This document shows positions 31,655-42,672 of a stretch of DNA of 64,000 bases, piece by piece; position 1 is the stretch's first letter, and the number at the start of each line of letters is the position of its first letter. A program made the translations under genes and the position numbers. This stretch comes from Smithellaceae bacterium. Its GTDB lineage: Bacteria > Desulfobacterota > Syntrophia > Syntrophales > Smithellaceae. Where the stretch lies: positions 576,001 to 640,000 of the forward strand of contig CAXXVL010000002.1 of assembly GCA_963667845.2 (NCBI GenBank). Reading direction: 5' to 3'. The notes beneath the pieces were generated by a model, which was not told the DNA's origin, searched no databases, and saw only the letters and a program-made list of their open reading frames with translations.

Positions 31655-32815
31655 TTAACCTATGCTAATTTTTTTACATCCAATCAGATAGGCCAGTAAT
31701 ATCGCCTGCAGTGAAGCGCTCATTTTTGTGTACCACATTGAAAACATCGAAATGATAAACCACATAACCACAATGGTAAACATAAAGATCCTTTTATCGC
31801 TTGCCCATTCTTTATTAAAAATATATTTAATGGCCGTTCCAAGCAAATACAAATATACACACACGCCGGGCAACCCGAAGTTTGAGAGTAATTCCAGCCA
31901 ATCATTATGAGCATAATGGCCACCGGTCAATTCCAGTGAGCCTGCAAAGCCATATCCAAAAAAGAAATTCGGAATGGTATCCGGCCTCAACCATTTATTA
32001 TATATGTCGGCATAAATATAATCACGCCCGCTATAGAGGCCTTCAGTGACCATACTCATTCGATTTATGAAAAATTCATTGCTGATGTAATTAGAATAAG
32101 CAAAGTAACCAATGGCTATGATCATGATAAAGGCAATAACATAGCCTCGAAATCGCTCATGCTTTTCTATCGTACGCAACTGGTAAAAAGCATATATTAT
32201 TGCGACAATTGCAGCAGCAACCAATGCCCCGCGTTTATTGCCCAGTATTACATAGAACAAAATAACACCCATCAATACGCCACTGATGAGTTTGTTCTTT
32301 TTCAATAAAAAAAGAAAGGGAGCCAATGCAACAAACATATAGGATATGTTATTAACGACTTCCTCTCTTTCGTATAAACTCATCAGAAGATTCTTTGTAT
32401 GGTAAAACTGCATAATAGTAATCAGCAGCATGAAGGCAAAAAACCAGAGCAGATGTTTCGATTCTAGTAAATCATTCTCCGCGTAATAATAGAAGGGATA
32501 AAATGAAAGCATACATGTTAAAATATTTTTAAACATGGAGATACGCTGCGGATCAAAATCAGCCGTAACAACAAATCCCGCGATGTTCAAAGCAAGCAAG
32601 ATTGACCAAGCCCGAAAAAAAGGTCCCTTCATGGTATTGCCCATAAGTAACTTAATGAAGTAATACAACGATATAATAAAGATTAATGTCAGAGCGGTTT
32701 GTGATATGAAGGTGCCCTGTGCATATAATAAGCCTTGTCCGAAATACAGAAAGAAGCAGATGGATAACATGTTGCGCGTAAATTTGTGTTTATTGATGTG
32801 CATATTATTCTTCAA
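31655..32815 (-). CDS. O-antigen polymerase/ligase family membrane protein (Wzy-like)
   Basis: Many TM helices, KRGA, SGRD.IY, GYG, AHNDWLELL..FG; AT-rich. Confidence 0.75.
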   Translation of the reverse strand: MKNNMHINKHKFTRNMLSICFFLYFGQGLLYAQGTFISQTALTLIFIISLYYFIKLLMGNTMKGPFFRAWSILLALNIAGFVVTADFDPQRISMFKNILTCMLSFYPFYYYAENDLLESKHLLWFFAFMLLITIMQFYHTKNLLMSLYEREEVVNNISYMFVALAPFLFLLKKNKLISGVLMGVILFYVILGNKRGALVAAAIVAIIYAFYQLRTIEKHERFRGYVIAFIMIIAIGYFAYSNYISNEFFINRMSMVTEGLYSGRDYIYADIYNKWLRPDTIPNFFFGYGFAGSLELTGGHYAHNDWLELLSNFGLPGVCVYLYLLGTAIKYIFNKEWASDKRIFMFTIVVMWFIISMFSMWYTKMSASLQAILLAYLIGCKKISIG

Positions 32816-33818
32816 AAGTGTGGATTAGATTTTCGACCATCCACCCCTGTGGATTAAATTTATCCTGATGCCATATTAAATCGGAAGTCCAATACCCCAT
32901 ACATTTACTTGATCCTGATGTACCATAACCATAGCTTAATTCAATAATTAATGGCGCCCCTGATTCATCATAAACAAAATCGAAAGCGGCAGATTGTAAA
33001 TTCAATTTTTGAGTGATTTCAAAAGCAAGTTTTAGTGTAGTATTATCTATTGCATCATAAACAAAATTGGAACTCCCGGAAGCTCTAAAATCACCCTTTC
33101 GCACCATTCTTTTCAAACCATAAGCTTTATCCTTTATTACTATTAAGCGGACATCAAAATTGTTATTAGCAATAAAATCCTGAAAATACACATACCCTTT
33201 TTCACGGGCATGCATTTTGGAAAATTGAGTGGGCATAAACAGCCTTGCAAGTCCCTTACAAACACCCCAAAAAGAATCTTTCCCTTCTTTGTATTTTCTG
33301 TATCTTTCTTTCAGATAAGCAAAACGGTCAAACTGAGAAAAACCACGTCCGAAGGCTTTTCTGAGCAACCGTAAAGCCTGCTTTTTTGTTTTTACCAACC
33401 TAACATTGCTGGCACCAGCGCCACCTCTCAATTTGAATACTTTCGGAAAAGTGGTTGACTGAATCCAGTTGAAAGCGTCAGCCTTATTATAAAATACATA
33501 ACTGGGCACTAAAGGCGCCCCAATTGCTTCCAGCAAGTATTTTTGGCCTATTTTATCATCGAAGTGCCAGGTTGTGCTAAACTCCGGGAATATTTTTTTA
33601 CCTGCCATTTGCACTGAATATAAAAGCTGCTTGGCAAACAGGACATCTCTATAATCATCGTGGCTATGATGCCACATCAGCGCGTTACAATCAGCCAACT
33701 GTAAAATAATATCGGACGAGTAACAATAAACCAATTTATAAGGGATGTTCTTTTGTTGGCAATATTCAATCCATCGGTCGGAAAAGCTTCCAGGTCTGTT
33801 GTGAATAGCGATCTTCAT
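32805..33818 (-). CDS. ATP-grasp fold protein (RimK-like), probable polysaccharide modification
   Basis: DDKIGQKYLL, FPKVFKL..GAG, YFQDFI, DVR, FRASGS, AFDF, IIELS. Confidence 0.75.
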   Translation of the reverse strand: MKIAIHNRPGSFSDRWIEYCQQKNIPYKLVYCYSSDIILQLADCNALMWHHSHDDYRDVLFAKQLLYSVQMAGKKIFPEFSTTWHFDDKIGQKYLLEAIGAPLVPSYVFYNKADAFNWIQSTTFPKVFKLRGGAGASNVRLVKTKKQALRLLRKAFGRGFSQFDRFAYLKERYRKYKEGKDSFWGVCKGLARLFMPTQFSKMHAREKGYVYFQDFIANNNFDVRLIVIKDKAYGLKRMVRKGDFRASGSSNFVYDAIDNTTLKLAFEITQKLNLQSAAFDFVYDESGAPLIIELSYGYGTSGSSKCMGYWTSDLIWHQDKFNPQGWMVENLIHTFEE

Positions 33819-34134
33819 TGCAGTGTCCTGATTATTGTTCAGTATCACTAAGATATTTTGACAATACTATGGCAGCCGCACGCATGTTTTATATTTGCCC
33901 ATTCCAGTTATCATTGCCAGATAATAATATTATCGTTCTATGGTAGAATTTGCCTTAAGTCACGCATCAATAGAACAAAACAATTTCGTTTTGAAGGCCA
34001 CTCAGGTTGAACAGCGGCCGGACAAAAATCACGGGAAATAAGCAGAGACGGGATAGGTTTAGTATTATTGTGTGCATGAACCTGATTTTCAATACCTCTC
34101 TTTTAACTGATGGTTCGGTGTTTATAAAGCAGTG

Positions 34135-35100
34135 CTAATGAAAATATCCCCTTTTTTTTATTTTAAAACAGTAATGTTTGAGCAGTGAAATAAAACAATA
34201 AAGTTTGTTGTTAATTCTTTGAAAAAGTATGAACCATAAAGGATAGTTGCGATAAACTTTTAAATAATACTCCCTACTCTCCATCAATTTTCGCACAATA
34301 AATAGCGATAGCATCTTCTTTGTTGAACAGCTCCCTTTATGGATTATCAGGCTCTGGGGGGCTATATAAGTTGATTTGTTCACGGACCGCAGTTTTTCGT
34401 GCAGTATAGGTTCTTCCAAAAACAAAAAAGTTTTTTCATCCAAAAGCCCTACTTGCTTAATGACAACAGCGCGAATCAGCATACAAGAACCGGAAATCAG
34501 ATCAACCTGCCTTGGTTCATTATAGGCATATTCGCCAATATAGTAATGTTTGCGGTGCCAGCGATTGTCAGGGAAAAGCCTGCCCCAAATACTTAGACGG
34601 AAAAAATAATCTCCCATTTCCGGGCGCCTTCGCGCGCAGTTTCGATCAATATTTCCGTCTGAATCAACTATTTTTGGCCCAACCAAGGCGCAGGTGGTAT
34701 TCATCTCCAATAACTCGACCAGCGGTTCGAGAAATTCTTTCTCAACAACCGTGTCGTTATTCAGGATCAGAATATATGGATCACCCGCGCGAATGGCCCA
34801 GCGTATGCCGATATTGTTTCCGGCGGCATATCCCCTATTGGCCTCAGATTGAATCAACACAAAGCCATGATCGAGAAACGGACCGCTCTCGGCTTGTTCC
34901 CGGGTAAGCATCAGACTCACGTGGGCATGCCCGGCTAACCATGCTTCGACCCGCGTAAGAGAGTCATTTTGCGAATCATTATCAACAATGATCACACGCC
35001 AGGGCTGGTAAGTAATATTTACAACCGATTGGAGACACTCCACTGTGTCCTGCCAGTTCTTATAATTGAGAATAACGATCGAAACCTTTTTGTTAACCAT
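34135..35100 (-). CDS. Glycosyltransferase family 2
   Basis: SIVILNY, VDNDS, NRGYAAGNN, LNNDT, SGSCML. Confidence 0.9.
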   Translation of the reverse strand: MVNKKVSIVILNYKNWQDTVECLQSVVNITYQPWRVIIVDNDSQNDSLTRVEAWLAGHAHVSLMLTREQAESGPFLDHGFVLIQSEANRGYAAGNNIGIRWAIRAGDPYILILNNDTVVEKEFLEPLVELLEMNTTCALVGPKIVDSDGNIDRNCARRRPEMGDYFFRLSIWGRLFPDNRWHRKHYYIGEYAYNEPRQVDLISGSCMLIRAVVIKQVGLLDEKTFLFLEEPILHEKLRSVNKSTYIAPQSLIIHKGSCSTKKMLSLFIVRKLMESREYYLKVYRNYPLWFILFQRINNKLYCFISLLKHYCFKIKKRGYFH

Positions 35101-35159
35101 CGAATCTTTCTTTGTAATAAATCATATTTATGCTTTGTTTACCTGCCATCACGATCTGT

Positions 35160-36596
35160 TCAGATATCACCGGGTTTGATCATATTATTCACAATTCCCG
35201 CTATAGTCACGGCAGATTCCATACCGTAGGCTACACAAAAGTCATTTACATATTTTTCGGCCAAGCTATGGGCGTCCCGTTTTCGCACTTCATCAGACAA
35301 CATTTGCCGGATTTCATTAAACAGTTCGTCCGATTTACTCACAAGGGGACAACCGGCTTTCTGAACTAGCTCTGCGCCATGACCCACCGGCGGTCCATCA
35401 ACAGAAAGCACAATGGCCAATTTTCTCTTAACAAGTGCATCGCTTCCAACGCCGCTATCCCGAACGACCACGATATCTACTGCGGCAAGAGCGTCGTCCA
35501 GTGAAAATGCAGCATTCTCATAAAAGCGTATGGCAGGGTACTGCTTTGCCATTTCGCTGTATTTGGCCAACTTTTCCGACGGATGCAAGCGGACAAAAGC
35601 ATTCCAATTACATGCAGTTTCGGCGGCAACACAGAAAGCGGTCACTGTTTTTCGCAGGATTTCAGGTTCGATCGGACCGGTGGCCAGCATAACGGCACTT
35701 TTTGTTAAATCCATACCTATCTTTTCCCGTGCCTGCACAGCCGATAAAGGGAGCTCACGGGTCAACCGTGGGCAGCCCACTACATCTATTTTCCCGGGGT
35801 TTTCTCCTTCACCAATCAATGTATCTTTTTGTATACGGCCCCAGCATAAAATTTTGTCAGCCAGGACAGGAGTGTATCCGAACGCACTTTCATTTGTTAC
35901 CCCATGAACCAGTGTGACCACAGGTATCCCGAGGGACTTTGCCGCCAATACTAAACAAGAGCAAGACGCATTGCGATCATATTCCGTCACTATGACGGAC
36001 GGCCGCCAATGTGACAGCAAGGCGAGGCATCCAGCAATATTCTGCGAACTGCTCAGCATATGGCGGGTGAGAAATTCGTAAGCACCCTCTGGAAGGTCAT
36101 GCTCCCGGCATAAACGTCTCAACTTTCTGCTCCATTTGGGAAGGCATTTAAGGTATTCCTTTCGCCATATCCTAGCGGCCTTTGGCACTGCCTGTTTCCA
36201 GTCAACGTCCTGTATCCCGGGGATTATCGCTGAGAAAGCTGGACCCATGCGGGCTATGATGCAGCGATCCTTACCGATAGCGTCAATAACCGGAAGTATC
36301 AAATTCTGCATACGGGTGCTTGCGGATAAACAAGTGGCCAAAATAGGACGCACGGGCGGTAAAGCAACTTCATTTGCAGGCAAATGAATCAGAAGGAAAT
36401 GGTAAAACATCCTGAGGTAAGCCATCCATCGTTGTCTCCGGTTAAACGATAAGCGCCCGTTATAGAGACCAATTATCAGACTATCATTTAATGTCTTCCC
36501 AATGGGTATGCCCAGGAACAAAGGTTCAGACAGGTCACGTTCAATTTTGCGCAAAACTGACGGAGAATACCGTGCGTGCAGAGCGTTACTCTTCAA
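35160..36596 (-). CDS. Putative GT-B fold polysaccharide biosynthesis protein (possible nonulosonate transferase)
   Basis: GIPVVTLVHG, ILCWG, VGCPR, VRLHP.E motifs. Start uncertain (TTG 36596; ORF track gives 36647). Confidence 0.55.
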   Translation of the reverse strand: MKSNALHARYSPSVLRKIERDLSEPLFLGIPIGKTLNDSLIIGLYNGRLSFNRRQRWMAYLRMFYHFLLIHLPANEVALPPVRPILATCLSASTRMQNLILPVIDAIGKDRCIIARMGPAFSAIIPGIQDVDWKQAVPKAARIWRKEYLKCLPKWSRKLRRLCREHDLPEGAYEFLTRHMLSSSQNIAGCLALLSHWRPSVIVTEYDRNASCSCLVLAAKSLGIPVVTLVHGVTNESAFGYTPVLADKILCWGRIQKDTLIGEGENPGKIDVVGCPRLTRELPLSAVQAREKIGMDLTKSAVMLATGPIEPEILRKTVTAFCVAAETACNWNAFVRLHPSEKLAKYSEMAKQYPAIRFYENAAFSLDDALAAVDIVVVRDSGVGSDALVKRKLAIVLSVDGPPVGHGAELVQKAGCPLVSKSDELFNEIRQMLSDEVRKRDAHSLAEKYVNDFCVAYGMESAVTIAGIVNNMIKPGDI

Positions 36597-37923
36597 TAGA
36601 AATACCCTTTCGAGTAAGGAAGTAGAGAAAAAGATAACAATCCGCAATGAATGCCGTGTAACCGATCAGCATGGCCTGAGGAAACGCTACAAGCGATGCA
36701 CCGTCGCGGATCAGCCACATGAGGCTGACGCCATAGACAGCCATGCCGCAGAGAATAGCAGCCAGATAAAGTTTTTGTTTGCGGATGACATTGAACACGT
36801 TATTGATTGGCGTAAAGCACATCAGAACGGGTTGCAGTAAAGACCATTGCATGGCGGGAACGGCTTCAACATATTTGGGTACGATAAGCCGCGCAAGCGG
36901 CTCCATCAACCACCAGGCAATAGCAACAAGCGGCACCATGCAAACCGCACTGAGCAGCATAGGCTTGAAGGTGATGCGGCAGAGGTCCTTGACACACCCA
37001 CCACGGCCGAAAAGTTCCGCCATACGCGGATAGATGACCTGAGACAAAGCATGGGGGAGGAGCATTACCGCACCGGACGTCATAACAACCATCGCGTAAA
37101 GCCCCATACCATGTGTACCTGTATAAGACAAGACGAGTGTGCGATTGATCACTGACCACCATGCATAAATCTGACCGACCATAAATATCGGTGCGCCAAT
37201 GATAAAAAGATGTTTAATATTCTGAAAATTCCATTGGGGGCTTACACGCACCGGCCGCCAGTAATAAAAGAGCACCGCGGCAATTATTGCAGTAAATATT
37301 GCACGCAGACATATGCCGTAAAAGTCCAGCGACCACACCAGCAGCAGCAGCACAAGGCTTGCGACGGCCTGAACGACATTGATCATGGAAAGGCGGGCAA
37401 AGTCATGCGCCGTGCGATAGGTAACTTGCAGATAGTTTGTACTATAAAACAACAGAAAAGCAAGAACCGCATGTGCGCCCCACCCGGCAGCCATCCGGAG
37501 ATTCCCTTGAATCAGATAGTAAAGAGCTACGGCCAGTAAAGCAATGGCGGCTGCACTGCCAATTAGGATCATCCATGTTTGAGCGGATGCAGTGAGCTCG
37601 TTAGCCCTGTCCTGCTCACCCTTGCCGATATAGTATGGCAGTTCGCGGTTGAGACCGTTGGATATACCAAGCTGAAAAAACGGCGCATATCCCAAAACAA
37701 GTCCGATGCCACTGAAGAGGCCCAGCACAGAAGGCGCCACCATGCGCGCCATCAGGATGCCGCCAACCACATGAATGGCCGTTGATAATGCGTTGCCGCC
37801 AGCCAGAGCGCCAACAAGATAACCAAGTTGCCTTCGCTGAAGGTTTGCCTTCAGGCTATCGTGAGATTCTGCTTTAAGAACCACTTCTCCTGTCTTTGGT
37901 GGTTTAATGTCTTTTACCGTCAT
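36586..37923 (-). CDS. Oligosaccharide flippase (Wzx family)
   Basis: Polytopic membrane protein, QLGISNGLNRELP, MGLYA, QVIYPRM. Confidence 0.8.
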   Translation of the reverse strand: MTVKDIKPPKTGEVVLKAESHDSLKANLQRRQLGYLVGALAGGNALSTAIHVVGGILMARMVAPSVLGLFSGIGLVLGYAPFFQLGISNGLNRELPYYIGKGEQDRANELTASAQTWMILIGSAAAIALLAVALYYLIQGNLRMAAGWGAHAVLAFLLFYSTNYLQVTYRTAHDFARLSMINVVQAVASLVLLLLVWSLDFYGICLRAIFTAIIAAVLFYYWRPVRVSPQWNFQNIKHLFIIGAPIFMVGQIYAWWSVINRTLVLSYTGTHGMGLYAMVVMTSGAVMLLPHALSQVIYPRMAELFGRGGCVKDLCRITFKPMLLSAVCMVPLVAIAWWLMEPLARLIVPKYVEAVPAMQWSLLQPVLMCFTPINNVFNVIRKQKLYLAAILCGMAVYGVSLMWLIRDGASLVAFPQAMLIGYTAFIADCYLFLYFLTRKGISIEE

Positions 37924-38043
37924 AAATGTTTATTGTTGAAGGATAAGTCGGAGATCACCATGAAGCTAAACAGATGTTTATTAGAATAAACCAATATTTC
38001 TTTGAGAGCAGCTTGAAAATATCCCTATATTTTCTACATGGCA

Positions 38044-38910
38044 CTACAGATCGTAAAGTTCTTTCTGTTTTACACTTGCGTTTATCTCCAATAGTCCAGG
38101 TTCACTTTGGACGTATTCCAGTATTTCCATCCAGGAAAAATGCCGGTTACCTTTGAAGTGGGTTAATATTCGCCTCGCTAATTCTAAATCCTCGGTTTTA
38201 TCGACGGCCCAGCGAAGATGACCAAAATCCTCGGCGTGATTGACCAGAAGACTTTTGAATCGGGGTGGTTCGGGAATGCTCGATATTTGCGTATAATACC
38301 CCGGCAGATCCCGGGAATCTGCAATCAGGATATCTTCATACATGTATGGCATGACATGTTCGCGCTGGTGAGGCAGACGTGCCTCACGCCATGCCTTGGC
38401 CAGAGCACGGAAAGAACATACTTCGACATCCAGGCCGATTGGATAAGTCCGGCCCCATGGGGGTGGCAGTCTGTTTGCCGTGAAATCCCAATAGAAGGGG
38501 CGTTCTTTTGTCGGTTCATAAGGCTGGTGCATGCCTTGAACGCCCAAAAAGAACTGAATCGTGCTGTCAATTAACGTAGGATCTATCAGTGGACAGTCGG
38601 ACGTGATCCGGACAACGACATCGGCTTGATAGGTCGTAGCGGCCTGATAATAACGATCCATGACGTCGAAATGACTCCCGCGAATACAATTGTATTTCTG
38701 ATTGCGGCAAAACGTCTCTATGAGATCGTCATCCTGCTCGGTCGTCGTGGCGACAACAACCTGATTGATGATTTTAGATAATTTTGTCCGCTCGACAACA
38801 TGCTGCAGCATTGGCGCGCCGACAATATCGAGTAATACTTTCCCAGGGAGGCGTGTGGACCTCATCCGTGCCTGAATGATTGCGACGATGTGTGGACTGT
38901 TTGGAGTCAT
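38044..38910 (-). CDS. Cytidylyltransferase, SpsF-like
   Basis: AIIQARMRSTRLPGKVL, RGS..DV..RY, RITSDCP, YPIGLDVEV, REHV. Confidence 0.88.
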   Translation of the reverse strand: MTPNSPHIVAIIQARMRSTRLPGKVLLDIVGAPMLQHVVERTKLSKIINQVVVATTTEQDDDLIETFCRNQKYNCIRGSHFDVMDRYYQAATTYQADVVVRITSDCPLIDPTLIDSTIQFFLGVQGMHQPYEPTKERPFYWDFTANRLPPPWGRTYPIGLDVEVCSFRALAKAWREARLPHQREHVMPYMYEDILIADSRDLPGYYTQISSIPEPPRFKSLLVNHAEDFGHLRWAVDKTEDLELARRILTHFKGNRHFSWMEILEYVQSEPGLLEINASVKQKELYDL

Positions 38911-39021
38911 AAAATAGAATGCCAAATTTCCCGTATTATTTGTCTCATGTTAAGTGGTTAACGCAGTTATAATTATCTGAATTATAGTCCCGTTCTGCAT
39001 TTTCTTATCCCTTGATCAAGA

Positions 39022-39804
39022 TCACCAACTCGTCCAGCCGCCTTCAACTAAAATATTGGCACCGGTTGTATAGGAAGACGAATCGGATGCTAAATAGAGG
39101 ATTGAACCGATAATTTCCGAGGATTTCATCATGCGGCCCATGGGACTCAATCGGTTAAATCGATCTTCAAAGGCTTTTTCATGGTTGTTCCATACACCGT
39201 GCGGCGTCACACAATTTACCCGCACGCCTTTTGGCGCCCAATAAGCTGCTAAATATTTTGTCAGCATGATGACGCCTCCTTTGCTGGCGCTGTAAGCCAG
39301 AGGATTGCCCATGGAATTGTTTTCATATAAAACCGGATTAGAGGAAACCACACCGTATGTGGATGCAAGGTTAATAATTGAGCCGCCTTTATTTTCGATC
39401 ATATGCGCCCCAAAATCACGGCACATCAGAAACGTCCCCTTGAGGTTGACATTCAAAATATCATCCCACAGGGCCTCTGGAAAATTTTCAGGCTGTGCTT
39501 CCAAAAATCCCTTGGGCTTGTATTGATGACAATTGATCACAACATCGATTCGCCCGGCTTTACTTAAGACTTCTTCCTTGAGCACTGCGACCTGTTCAGA
39601 CTTCGATACGTCAGTAACATAGCCATATGCCTTGATTCCAAGAGTTTCAGCCCGCGCTATAGGATTTGACTGCTCAACATCAACCAGGTGCACAATAGCT
39701 CCTCTTTCAATGAGTGCTTTTGATATTTCAAGGCCAATCAGCCCAAAGGCGCCCGTAATAACGATATTTTTATTTTCTATGTTGAATATCGGATCGTAAC
39801 TCAA
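39022..39804 (-). CDS. Short-chain dehydrogenase/reductase
   Basis: ITGAFGLIG, YSASKGG, VRVNCVTP; GGAGG RBS before TTG 39804. Confidence 0.88.
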   Translation of the reverse strand: MSYDPIFNIENKNIVITGAFGLIGLEISKALIERGAIVHLVDVEQSNPIARAETLGIKAYGYVTDVSKSEQVAVLKEEVLSKAGRIDVVINCHQYKPKGFLEAQPENFPEALWDDILNVNLKGTFLMCRDFGAHMIENKGGSIINLASTYGVVSSNPVLYENNSMGNPLAYSASKGGVIMLTKYLAAYWAPKGVRVNCVTPHGVWNNHEKAFEDRFNRLSPMGRMMKSSEIIGSILYLASDSSSYTTGANILVEGGWTSW

Positions 39805-40768
39805 TGTTTCCTCCTGTAATAATTTGATTTGCCAATTCAAGATCTGCAACAGCGTCTTGTGCCCCGCATAGCAGCTCAAAAGGTTTGTTTGTGCGGAAAA
39901 AATCTAATAGTTCGACCATTTGATGTTCGTAGGTCATTTGAATAACGTCCCGGGGGGCTTGAATTTTTGTCACCGAGCCATTATTAATAAGCATCTCGCC
40001 TGCCAACAGATCGATGGAAACCTGCCCGCCTGTAAAACTGATAAATAAAGATCTGCTGGTCTGTTTAGAGAATAAATCCAGTGTTAACGTGGAAATAACA
40101 CCCTTATCATGTAGCAAAACCGCTGTTGAATACTCGTCAACTTTAGAATCCAGAATCCTGCCCGAACTTGTTGCACTTTGAACACATTTGGTTCCGCCAA
40201 AAAGCCAATGAAGGTAATTGATCTCGTGCATATGGGTAAGTGTGGCCCCACCGCCTAAATCAGATCGTGCCGCATAGCTTTCTCGATAATCCTCCCACGG
40301 ATGCCAACCCGGAAGCCAGGCGTTGAAAACCGCTGCCGCATGTATGGGGACACCGAGTTCATTTGAGTCGATAATCATTTTGACTTTTCTTAAAAGCGGA
40401 TGAAATCTCATATTATATCCAACCGCAAGCATGCGCTCTTTTCTTTGGGCAAGTTCAACCAGCGCCAAACTCTTCTTGACAGACGCCCCGATGGGTTTTT
40501 CAACAAAAACATGAGATCCGCTTTCAATCGCAAGTTGCGCCGTATCTTCATGCAAAGCCGTGGGATTTGTGACCAGAACAAGCTCCGGTCTTTCGGCCAG
40601 CGCAACCCCATAATCATCATACACGTTATTCGGTTGGATGGACGGATCAAGCGCTAAAGAACCCTTTCTTGTCCGATAAGCATCGATGCGATTGATGCCC
40701 AGTTTTCTTAATATCTTTGCGTGCCGCTGGCCTATGGAACCCAGCCCGCAAATCAGAATATGGTTCAA
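39770..40768 (-). CDS. Gfo/Idh/MocA oxidoreductase
   Basis: GLGSIGQRH, FVEKP, VGYNMRFHP, WHPWEDYR.SY..R.DLGGG. Confidence 0.88.
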   Translation of the reverse strand: MNHILICGLGSIGQRHAKILRKLGINRIDAYRTRKGSLALDPSIQPNNVYDDYGVALAERPELVLVTNPTALHEDTAQLAIESGSHVFVEKPIGASVKKSLALVELAQRKERMLAVGYNMRFHPLLRKVKMIIDSNELGVPIHAAAVFNAWLPGWHPWEDYRESYAARSDLGGGATLTHMHEINYLHWLFGGTKCVQSATSSGRILDSKVDEYSTAVLLHDKGVISTLTLDLFSKQTSRSLFISFTGGQVSIDLLAGEMLINNGSVTKIQAPRDVIQMTYEHQMVELLDFFRTNKPFELLCGAQDAVADLELANQIITGGNIELRSDIQHRK

Positions 40769-40799
40769 CTATACCTCCACTGTCCTGGATAAGATTAAA

Positions 40800-41867
40800 C
40801 TATTTTGAAAGAAACATTTCCCACTGTAACGGGGTATCCTCAGGAATATCGCAGAGCGCGTGGCTGTTGATCACGACATCATAATATTCCGGTGATATGC
40901 CGGATCCGGGCCGTTTGGCAATAATTCGCTCTGGCGTTATCTTTTCACCTTTTTCTATATTGCATGCAGCAACTAAGCTGCGGCGGGCAAATTTCCTCGC
41001 ATTTTCCTGTCCTGAGAGATCACCATTGCCACCGATGGCCAGCAGATCCTGAATATATTGATGTTGCTGTTTAAACCTTTGGATGTCGTTCCGATCCATC
41101 GCATGATAATGATCATTTCCCGGCAGAGTTTTATCCATAGTAAAATGCTTCTCCACAATTCGCGCACCCAGCATCCAGGCGACAGAAAGCTGAAGAGACG
41201 AGAAATCCGGCGGTACGTGATCGGAATATCCGGCAACCGTATCCGCAAAGCACTTCTTTAACCAGCCGATGGCTCTGAGGCGGGCGTCGATCGCCATGCA
41301 GGGATAATTGAGCACACAGTGCATAAGGCAAATATCAACGCAGCCATGGTTCTTCAGCAGTCTTACAGCATTGTCAATCTCTGCCAGCGTTGCAGCCCCC
41401 GTTGATAATATTACTGGCTTGCCTTGTTCAGCAATCTTCTTGATAAGAGGATAATTGGTAATATCGGCTGATGCGACTTTATAAACAGGCAACATATCTT
41501 TGAGTTCATCAAAGAACTCCAAGTCGAATACAGTAGTTATAAAGGTTATACCGCATTTTTTAGACTCTTCCGCCAATGCCGTGTACTGCTCAATACCAAA
41601 CCCATCAAATTTTTTGAATAGCTGGTACTGGCTTTCTGATGGCTCTTTGCTTTGGTCCCAATATGCGGGGCTATACTTGGATGCCAAACGCTCAGCCTTG
41701 TAGCTCTGAAACTTGATGGCATTGGCACCGGCCGCCGCAGCTTGCCTTACCATTTCCATTGCAGTTTGTATTTCATTTTCATGATTAACGCCTGCTTCCG
41801 CTATGAGATATAGCGGTTCATCCCCGCCAACTTTAGTCTTTTCGATGTAAAATTCCGGCGCCATCAT
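40800..41867 (-). CDS. N-acetylneuraminate synthase family protein with SAF domain (NeuB-like)
   Basis: IAEAGVNH, AIKFQ, KVASAD, LSTG, HCVLNYP, GYSDH, EKHFT, KRPGSGI. Confidence 0.92.
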   Translation of the reverse strand: MMAPEFYIEKTKVGGDEPLYLIAEAGVNHENEIQTAMEMVRQAAAAGANAIKFQSYKAERLASKYSPAYWDQSKEPSESQYQLFKKFDGFGIEQYTALAEESKKCGITFITTVFDLEFFDELKDMLPVYKVASADITNYPLIKKIAEQGKPVILSTGAATLAEIDNAVRLLKNHGCVDICLMHCVLNYPCMAIDARLRAIGWLKKCFADTVAGYSDHVPPDFSSLQLSVAWMLGARIVEKHFTMDKTLPGNDHYHAMDRNDIQRFKQQHQYIQDLLAIGGNGDLSGQENARKFARRSLVAACNIEKGEKITPERIIAKRPGSGISPEYYDVVINSHALCDIPEDTPLQWEMFLSK

Positions 41868-42523
41868 TATAGACAATCCTCCCCGTTATGCTTGCGTCTA
41901 ACAATGTTTTCATAATATGCAATATTGTCAATATCATTTGTCATGTTTCCCGTATGCTTTCGGTAGCGGTAAAGTGGCAATTCTACATGTCGAATCATAT
42001 ATTTTTTTTCGAAACGGATTCTTAAATCCAGCTCTTCCCGCATCATCATGCTTTCATCGTAAAGTCCAATTTCGATCAATTTATCCTTGCGAAACATGAT
42101 CCCGCAGGCAATCGCATGTTCTTTCGCGCAGACACGTTCGATATGCTTTTCATTGTCATCAACAATAATATAATCGCACGAAACCGCATGCCATTCCACG
42201 TTCAGATTCAAAAAAAGTGATTCAACATATATGAGATCTTCATGCATATAATCATCTGAGTCGAGGTTTACAATATATCTTCCCTGCGCGGCACGGATAC
42301 CAGTATTTCTAGCCTTTGGCAGTCCACAATTCTCTTTATGTTGAATCAATCGTACAGTATCGGGAAAATCCCTGACAATGTCAGCCGTGTGGTCCGTTGA
42401 ACCGTCATCGACTACGATAACCTCAAATCTGCCACTTGAAAATCGTTGTGCGATGGCTGATCTGATTGCACGAGCGATATAGTTTTGCCGGTTATACACC
42501 GGTATGATGATACTGACTTCCAT
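41867..42523 (-). CDS. Glycosyltransferase family 2 (short)
   Basis: SIIIPVYN, VVDDGSTD, ARNTGI, LDSDD, LYRYRKH. Confidence 0.9.
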   Translation of the reverse strand: MEVSIIIPVYNRQNYIARAIRSAIAQRFSSGRFEVIVVDDGSTDHTADIVRDFPDTVRLIQHKENCGLPKARNTGIRAAQGRYIVNLDSDDYMHEDLIYVESLFLNLNVEWHAVSCDYIIVDDNEKHIERVCAKEHAIACGIMFRKDKLIEIGLYDESMMMREELDLRIRFEKKYMIRHVELPLYRYRKHTGNMTNDIDNIAYYENIVRRKHNGEDCL

Positions 42524-42672
42524 ATTAAAAGTCTCCTTCTGCTGGAATAAGTATTTTTCTTATCGTAATATTTCTTTTTATCCATGGAAAGCCCAATTTA
42601 ATGGCGAGTCTTTGAGCTTGACATAGTTTGTCTTGAGCTTGGGGTCTGACCACTCGCCATTGATCACCAAGG

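Noticed and set aside
33849..34134. Possible gene remnant in a 286-bp gap
   Set aside because: Partial manual translation gave no recognisable motif, and no repeats were seen.
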